Below, piece by piece: positions 29,601 through 38,600 of a stretch of DNA of 64,000 nucleotides. Each line of letters opens with the position of its first letter. Positions within the stretch are counted from its first letter, which is position 1. The DNA is from Tubiluchus corallicola. Its lineage: Eukaryota; Animalia; Priapulida. The stretch lies in contig JAQGDQ010000565.1 of the NCBI GenBank assembly GCA_030141605.1, positions 1 to 64,000 on the forward strand, read 5' to 3'. The translations under genes were made by a program, and so were the position numbers. A model generated the notes under the pieces. It made no database searches and was not told where the DNA came from. It was given only the letters and a program-made list of their open reading frames with translations.

Positions 29601-32600
29601 ACACATACATTCATTAACTACTCTGTTACTATGTCAACTGCACACGTCAGGTGAAAACGAATAAGAAGCCCCAGTTGGCCACACTGTGGTTTGCAATTGT
29701 GTACATTGTGCATACACTGTGGTCGTTTATTCTCCTCTTTTCCTTCTTCCTATCCCTAATCTTGCTATTTTTTTCCATTCCATCATGTTTACTAACCCTA
29801 TCCATTCTTTCATTCACTCATCGTCTCCTCTTGTCCTTCTTCCTATCCCTAATCTTGCTATTTTTTTACATTCCATCATGTTTACTAACCCTAACCATTC
29901 TTTCATTCACTCATCGTCTCCTCTTTTCCTTCTTCCTGTCCCTAATCTTACTGTTTTTTTCCATTCCATCATGTCTACTAACCCTAACCATTCTTTCATT
30001 CACTCATTTGCGCCACCTTAACAAGCCAAGCTTTCAGGGTGTCATACAGCAACTCTTTTATTTTGTTAATTTGACTTCATCAATGTTTTTTTTACCTATA
30101 CTGTTTCTTTTTTCAATAATATTGTATATTGATGTATTGTATAATTAAGTATTGCTGGAGTGAAATAAATTGATTGATTGATTGATTGTGTAATTTGAGA
30201 AAAATGAAGAAAAATGCAAAGATTCCGTTTATTTGTGCTAAAACTCTGCCTTTTGGTCATTGTGTAACACGTATATTTTACTCTGGATTAACTAAATTAC
30301 TGTTCAATAACCGATTATATCGATTTCTACGTGGTTGTAATCTCGATTAATTCGATTAATCTATTAATTGCCCATCACTAGGCTTGACGTTCGTTCACTT
30401 GTTTTTTTACCGCTCCCTCACTCGCTTTGCATGCTCATTTGTTCTTTTTCAGTGTTAAACGTGAGATTACCGTGTGTGCTTAACAACTGCTCAACAACTA
30501 AAGTTAAGCAGTGCTCGGCCTAGTCTTTGTGACTGGTTTGTGGTTTCGTCTTCCAAACTCCCTCCTGCACAGTATCATCTTAGAGAATTATTGTGAAAAA
30601 CGAAGCAAAAATGCAAGAATTCCGCTGCTTGTGCTAAAACCCTGGCTTTTAGTCCGTGTGCAACATGTAAATTTTGCTCTCCATTAATCTCCGTTAACTG
30701 AGCTACTGTTCAATCGACGATTATACCAATTTATACATGGTTGTAATCTTGATTAATTCGATTAATCTATTAACCACCAATCACTCTTACTCATTTGTGA
30801 ATTGCTTGTTTTCAGAAAAATATTGTTAGCCTAAATCGAAGCCTCAGCACTTCGTTGCAGTCATCATCGCCGTCATCGTTGCCGGCAGCTTCTAACACAG
30901 AGCATGGTGTGTTTGTGTCTTTGTCAGACATGGTGACAGAGTTGTCTAGTTTTGTGCAAAAGGTAACTACAGTTGTCTAGTTTTGTACAAAAAGTATCTA
31001 CAGTTGTCTAGTTTTGTACAAAAGGTATCTACAGTTGTCTAGTTTTGTACAAAAGGTATCTACAGTTGTCTAGTTTTGTACAAAAGGTATCTACAGTTGT
31101 CTAGTTTTGTACAAAAGGTATCTACAGTTGTCTAGTTTTGTATAAAAGGTATCTACAGTCGTCTAGTTTTGTACAAAAGGTATCTACAGTTGTCTAGTTT
31201 TGTACAAAAGGTATCTACAGTTGTCTAGTTTTGTACAAAAGGTATCTACAGTTGTCTAGTTTTGTACAAAAGGTGTCTACAGTTGTTTAAGTTTGTACAA
31301 AAGGTATCTACAGTTGTCTACTTTTGTACAAAAGTTGACTCTGCAGTGAATCTTGTTTAATTGCTGCCCAGGCTGTAACGTTAACGAAAGAGAAACCACT
31401 ACAGCTAGGTCATGTTAACTAAGATATGTGGGTGGCTTCAGGCAAGTAGAAAGAAATTTATCAATAGATATATGAATGTTTGAATTGTGCATTGCAACCA
31501 GCTTTGATTTCTACCCCTGGAACGTATCTCAATCTTTTACATTACTTTCTATGGGAGTTTTGGTTTCGCTTAACGACATTTCACTTATCGTCGCATTATA
31601 CTTGAACGCATTAGCGTCGTTAAGCAAGGACTTATTGTATATGGTTACTATGGGGTGATGTGTAACCTTTTGCTTGGAGGTATAGAAGCAACACATAACA
31701 GTACAGAATACTTTATTATGTTACCCAAACAAGAGCGAATCTATCATTCCCTCAAAATTTGGTATGGAAGCTTCGGGTGCCTCGCGTGGCTTGCTGTGCT
31801 TGCCAGCCGCTGCCCTCAAAATTTGGTATGGAAGCTTCGGGTGCCTCGCGTGGCTTGCTGTGCTTGCCAGCCGCTGCCCTCAAAATTTGGTATGGAAGCT
31901 TCGGGTGGGCCTCGCGTGGCTTGCTGTGCTTGCCGGCCGCTGCCCTCAAAATTTGGTATGAAAGCTTCGGGTGCCTCGCGTGGCTTGCTGTGCTTGTCGG
32001 CCGCTGCCCTCAAAATTTGGTATGAAAGCTTCGGGTGCCTCGCGTGGCTTGCTGTGCTTGCCAGCCGCTGCCCTCAAAATTTGGTATGGAAGCTTCGGGT
32101 GCCTCGCGTGACTTGCTGTGCTTGCTGGCCGCTGCCCGCAAAATTTGGTATGGAAGCTTCGGGTGCCTCGCGTGACTTGCTGTGCTTGCTGGCCGCTGCC
32201 CTCAAAATTTGGTATGGAAGCTTCGGGTGCCTCATGTGACTTGCTGTGCTTGCTGGCCGCTGCCCTTAAAATTTGGTATGGAAGCTTCAGGTGGGCCTCG
32301 CGTGGCTTGCTGTGCTTGCCAGCCGCTGCCATTAAAATTTGGTATGGAAGCTTTGGGTACCTCACGTGGATTGTGCTTACCGGCCACTAATTAAATTTTC
32401 AAGCTATAATTTAATTATCAGAAACATTTTAGCATTATTGTAGGTGTTAAAAAGTATACTTATAACGAGATGCTCGGTATAGTCTAGTGGTAACACGTCG
32501 GCTTTCCATTTGTGAGCTCGTGAGTTCGATACTGTGGCCAGATTGTACCAAAGATTTTACAAATGGTGCGTGCTGTTCCCCTGCCTGGCACGTAGTGTTT

Positions 32601-35600
32601 AGGGTAAAGCGGAGGGGGGGGGTAATAATGATCTTTGTTATGTAAGTGTAGTTTGGTATTTACAGTCAATGATAAACTCCTCAATGATAAGCTGTCTTTA
32701 AATAAAGGTTATCATTATACTGTTAGCGGTACTTCCACGTTGTACTGCATATAAAAAATCGTCGCGTTTTCCTTTAATCTGGCTTCTAAGCGTTTTGCTG
32801 ACCGATATTCCTGCCACTAACTGCCTTCGTTCTTTTTTGTAGCAAGTCACTCGAATTGACGGACAAATTAGTGGAATGAATGCAAGTCTACAGGCTACAA
32901 TCGTTAAGAATGAAGAAGGCATGCACAGACATCAGGTATTTGAGTTGTTTTTAATATTCTCTTTTGGGAAACAAGGTTTGATTATGATGATTATGTGAAC
33001 CAGCCATTAGGGCAATAACAATTGCCATACATGACATTTCACAGTATGTAGAATAGTTCGCCTTCAGAGATACCACTTATGTTCTTTTCCTTAAACTGCT
33101 TACGTTTGATTTCAATGATTTTTGTAAAATTAACAGTAACGACTGTCATTAATTTGGGCCTCGAGCATTTGTGCCTGGTGGCTTTCTCCCTTCCTCAACA
33201 TCAATTAGCTGTCTAATTATCTTTAATTGTAATGATCTTATTAAATGTACAATTGTATATCTGCAAATATCTAATCTAGTCTATCTAGTCTAATGTAATG
33301 TAATGCAATGCAATCTGATCTGATATGATCTGATCCGATCCGATCCGATCCGATCCGATCCGATCCGATCCGATCCAATCCGACCCAACCCAACCCAACC
33401 CAACCCAACCCAACCTAACCTAATGCAATCCAATCCAATGCAATGCAATGCAATGCAATCCAATCCAATGCAATGCAATGCAATGCAATGCAATTCAATC
33501 CAATCCAATCCAATCCAATCCAAAATGCAATGCAATGCAATCCAATCCAATCTAAACGTGTAGCAAGTATTATTGCCTACCCGATTTAAAATGTTTTGTT
33601 TTACAGTCTGTGCGGATTTCATAGTACGGTTTGCATTCACTGCATGCTAATAAGACATTTTTAATGTGAGGCATGTTAACTGCTTCAGAACCTATCAAAA
33701 ATATGAGTTTTCTGCTACTGTACCAGCACAGACATAACTAAATGATTCCAAATTAAGCACTGTTCTATTCAGGAGAATCTCAGCTATCCAATCAACCTAT
33801 TTGTTTAAACATTCATAAGTGTGTATATTTATATTATTGGATAAAATTAAGAAAAACATGCCCTTTTCAGGCACTCTAACTTAGCCTATTGAGTAGCTTA
33901 GTCTGGTGTATACTTGCGTGATCGTACACGCTAAATTATTGATCCCTGCTTGCTACAGCCCAAGCTGTGCATTGTTCTGCTGTATAGAGTTCCAGGAAAA
34001 CCCTTCAGCCAAGGACAAATTAAGGTCATTTAATCTTTCAACAGGAATTACTCCTTAAAAATAGAGTAGACTTGAGGCCAAAGTTTATCAGAGTGTTGTT
34101 TCTGGATGGTAGAAATTTTCTGCGTTAGCCGATTTTACACAAGTGATACTGTGTATAGTAATAAGAACTACAGTTACTGAAAGCTTTTTTTCAATTTTTT
34201 CGTCAAAAATCGGTTTTTAATTTGTCTAAGGTAAGGAAATGCATTTCATATATAAATTTGCATGAAAATCTATTGTGTGAGGTGTAGAAATGTACAAAAA
34301 TTATCAAATATAATGTAATCGCTGCTTAGTGAGGGCAGTTTTTCATGAAGCCATGCAAAGTGCAGCAAAGTTTTGTGATCCAGAAGGAGTTAAAGATGGC
34401 CGAGGCTGAGGAAAGAATTCTGCTTGCTCGCATTTTAGCAGAAATTTAAGCGTTTTGTTGTTTGGTTTTAAAACCGAAGTGCTCGTGTTTGCAATTGTCT
34501 GCGCAAACTAATTTTCTGATTTGTTGACATAGGTGGCGCTGAATCGTGTCCGCAACGACACGCTGGATTTGCGCTCGAAACTTGACAATCTGAACCTCGG
34601 CAGTGGTGGTGATGCATTTGATGTTAAACACGAACTGCAGCTCATGGCTACAGAACTTCTACAGAACTTAGTAAGTCGTCGAACATGTTAAAGCAAGACC
34701 AGACCAAATCTTAAACTGTAGGTCAAAATAATCTACTCGTTAAAATATTGAAAGGAAACATGCTATTTTTTTCAAAAATGACTTACATGAAAGAATTATT
34801 ACCACACAAACACAATTTCACGTTTGCGCCACTAGTTCTTCACTGTTACATACATTTTGCCATTCGCTAGTTAGACGGGCACTAGCTACTAGATTTCGAA
34901 AATGCATTGCAACAAACAAACAGATGCTGTACCTCTTAAGTTCAGATGTGTTAGTTTGTGACGAACTACACGTGTTTGACTGCTCGTGTGAGCACAGCGG
35001 TAGATTTGAAATTTGAATTTTTATCTCAAAACTTGCCTAGTTTTAGTACTACACACTGAATGTCTTACAGTAGCACATGTACTTCAATTTTCACATTTTT
35101 CAGTTCCTTGTCGCAGGTTTAGACTGTAAGCTGTCTCTTCTGAAGCTGAAAAAACGTTCTTTTGTTTTTAATAAGTGTACAAATTGCCTTTTCATAGTTT
35201 TCAGAATCTGTGTAGAATTTTTGTCTATTTTAGACAGAAAGTTTGACAACAGGTGGCAGCAGCGAGCTGTCTACTGACCAATTAGAAATGATTAAACTTC
35301 AAGTTAACAGACTGGAAAAGCGTTTTGAAGAGGTAGGTATAGTGAAGCTGGTGTATTTTTGTTTGATCTGATTCATTATTTGTTTACAAGAAATGAATAG
35401 TTAGACTGGAAGACATTGTAAATATTTGTCTTTCATTTGTTGGTTTGGATTACGCTTTAAGTAAATAAATAAATACGTTTCTTTTTGTACAATTACACTC
35501 ATATCTGCAAATAAGAGCTGGGAGACATCGGTCCGAATTCACCAGTTGTCTGTATTTACCAATACTAAGCTAATACAGTAGGCGCCGTGTATTAGACTCA

Positions 35601-38600
35601 CGATAATGTAGAATCAATCGCCTAATTGTCTCAAAAACGTCTAAGTATGGGCGTGTCTTATGCAAAAGTATGTAAAAACTGTCCGCAATTGACTCAAATA
35701 ACTTCACGTATTTGATCTTTCATTATTTTTATGTCGTCTTACTTATGTCTTACCACTTAAACATGCTTACATACAAGCTACACACTTGTGTCGTCTTACA
35801 CGCTGCTTAGCTACACCGATGCAGTGGTGTAAACAAAGTGACAGCCCGCCATCTAGCGGTCGGCTTGCAAAACAACGGACTTTGTCCATAGTATGCTGGA
35901 CTTTTTAGTGGACCAGAGCTTGACAGATTCTTGGATTCTAAGGCAATAAAGTAGGCACCCGTCTATTACACTCACGGTAATATAGAATCAATTGCCTGTC
36001 TCAAAAACGTCTAAGTACGGGCCTGTCTTATTGTTATGAACAGAAAGCCTTCACTATTTCATTCATGTTCCAAAGTCGTTTATTCTAAAGAGAATAATAA
36101 AGAGAACATTAACAAGTAAGAAAACGAATAAAATGATAAACAGAAGCTTAGTAATTACAAAGAAGTCAACTTATTGGCAAAGTACTTCACGTATTTGATC
36201 TTTCATTATTTTTATGTCGTCTTACTTATGTCTTACCACTTAAACATGCTTACATACAAGCTACACACTTGTGTCGTCTTACACGCTGCTTAGCTACACT
36301 GATGCAGTGGTGTAAACAAAGTGACGACCCGCCAACTAGCGGTCAGCTTGCAAAATAACGGACAGTGTCCGAAGTATGCGGGACCTTTTAACAGTCCAGT
36401 TTTAGTCCGATTCTTCCGATATCCGTAAAAGCGATATCCGGCAAACCGGATTTTCTACTTCCAAATCGTTACTTTACCACAAAAAATTATTTTACCAACA
36501 CCAAGACCTGCTTTGCCTGCATATAACAACCTAATTTTACTAGGATTAAATGTAATAGACCAACTCTGACTGTACCTTTCACAAATTTTCAACATTTCCT
36601 TAAGATGATTATGTGAACCAGCCATTAGGGCAATATCTGACCAATCCCACAGAAGTTTTATCAACATCACATCCTAAACTGGATTCACACAGTTGCTTTG
36701 TTAGATCATTCCTATAAAATTGCATTGAAAACTTAGAAAATTAATGACTGAAATTTGATTATGACAGCAAGTGCTAATTTTTGACGGAATTTTTGCGTTT
36801 TCAGTACAAAACGTCTCACGCAGACGACCTGAACAACAACCTGATCAATGTGAATACTACGAGAGCGATGGAAGACGAAATCTCTCGTACGTTTTACGCG
36901 TTCCGAGACAAGTACGGCCTCGACGTCAAGGTACGGCACACTTTGGACTTTAGTTCCACAACATTCGTAGTTAAACCGTTGTTTGCTTGGCTGCGAAATT
37001 ATGCAGCATTGTGTCTGGAGAGAAAATAAATGGGTGATCACTGGTTTCATATGCCATATGTGTGCTTGCAAACTAAAACCGTCTGTAAGCCGTCATAGTT
37101 AAAACTACGTTATGATGCTTTGAAGTAGAATGCACCTAAAATTTAGTCTAACGTTAAACAAATTCTAAATATATTGGACTTTTATGTTCTAGCATCACAT
37201 TTTCAAGAAAATGTTCAAAAATACTAAAAATCTATTTTATTGCTCCACTTTTCCGGCTAAAAACTAGTACAGCAATTGTGGAAAACTTGTATTTTCAAAC
37301 TCCGATTGTAGCTCGTGGAAGCTGTCATTTTGCTTCGGGTTTTTTCTGTTCAAAAGCCCGAATCTTCACCAGGAAGTGCCATCTACTGGATTTAAATATA
37401 AGTTCAATGTGCTCTTACAAAGTCCATAGCAACCACACTTTCGTACGGTTGCTAAGTGTTTTGTAGGAACGCGACAAAAAACAATGGCTGACTTTAACAA
37501 TGATTTTCTCAAGATTATGTTTTTCAGTGTGCAGCCTGCACCTCAACTTCAACGTGGATTATCTCAGCTTAGAAATAACATAGAGCGATGAGCTTGGTAT
37601 CAAAATGATCCTCGTGAAATCGATTCAGGATATGTGAATAACTAGAAAAGCTTAATTGCCGACTTATGGATGATTTTGATATGCAATCACATATTTGTTC
37701 TTGAAATAATTCCCTTTCTAAACCAGTATTTTCTTTCGTAGTGAAAGTGATTGTTTACATGCTTAACTTTTGCACAATGACAACTCAGCTGTTGTTTTGC
37801 CCTATACTCATACGATGGCTGCTTGCTGCCACCTGTAGTCCTAATTTAACAAGAATTGGATTCGATTAAAATAATCTTATAATTAGGGCTGGAATTTTGC
37901 ATTTTGTGGGTCTTTGGTTTCGGGGATCCGTGTTTGAATTCACGTTTTTTATTCCTACTGTTAACACAGCAAACACGAAAGTTGTTTGCTTAAGATGTTT
38001 CTGCAGTCTTCGCTTTCTAAAGAAGGAAAAAAAAAACAAAAAAAAATCAATAAAATTTGCAGTAATGTAATTTGAACAAAGCTACAGAAATTTGAACAAA
38101 AAGTTGCACAGAAAATTGCTGTCAAATTAATAAACTTAGATTTACAAAAATCACTTACTTCATTCGGCTAGAGAGAGCACACTGTTTATGGTTGAAGCAT
38201 GACATTAAATTTCTCATATAAAAATTGCATTATCCACCAATTACAAGTAAGTCTCTGCAATGACCAGTCAAGTCTTTAGTTTTTGGCTCCCTCATGCGGG
38301 AAAAAGAAGAAACGAATTATGTGGGTAGTTGTGTAATTTTCCCATAACACCTAAGATGTTTTTACAATTTGCTGAAACGCTTTCTATTAATAATAGTCTT
38401 ACACGTATGTCTTTGTGCTTTTAGGACATCAAAGATCAAGTCCAGTACTTGGTGCAAGTGACCGCATCCCACAATGCATCGCTGTTCAAGCTGCAGCACG
38501 AAGTTCAAGAGATACTGCACATTCTGGATGCGATTATCGGAAACGATACAGGTAACGGCACAAACGAAACTGTAGCGGCCGAGGGTAAGCAAGTACGCGT

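Noticed and set aside
29651-30148. 165-aa hydrophobic ORF as a membrane protein
   Set aside because: A pyrimidine-rich 93-bp tandem repeat explains the composition; no family motif.
31655-32394. Cluster of overlapping ORFs
   Set aside because: 64-bp tandem repeat cycling through frames, inside an EFCAB14 intron.
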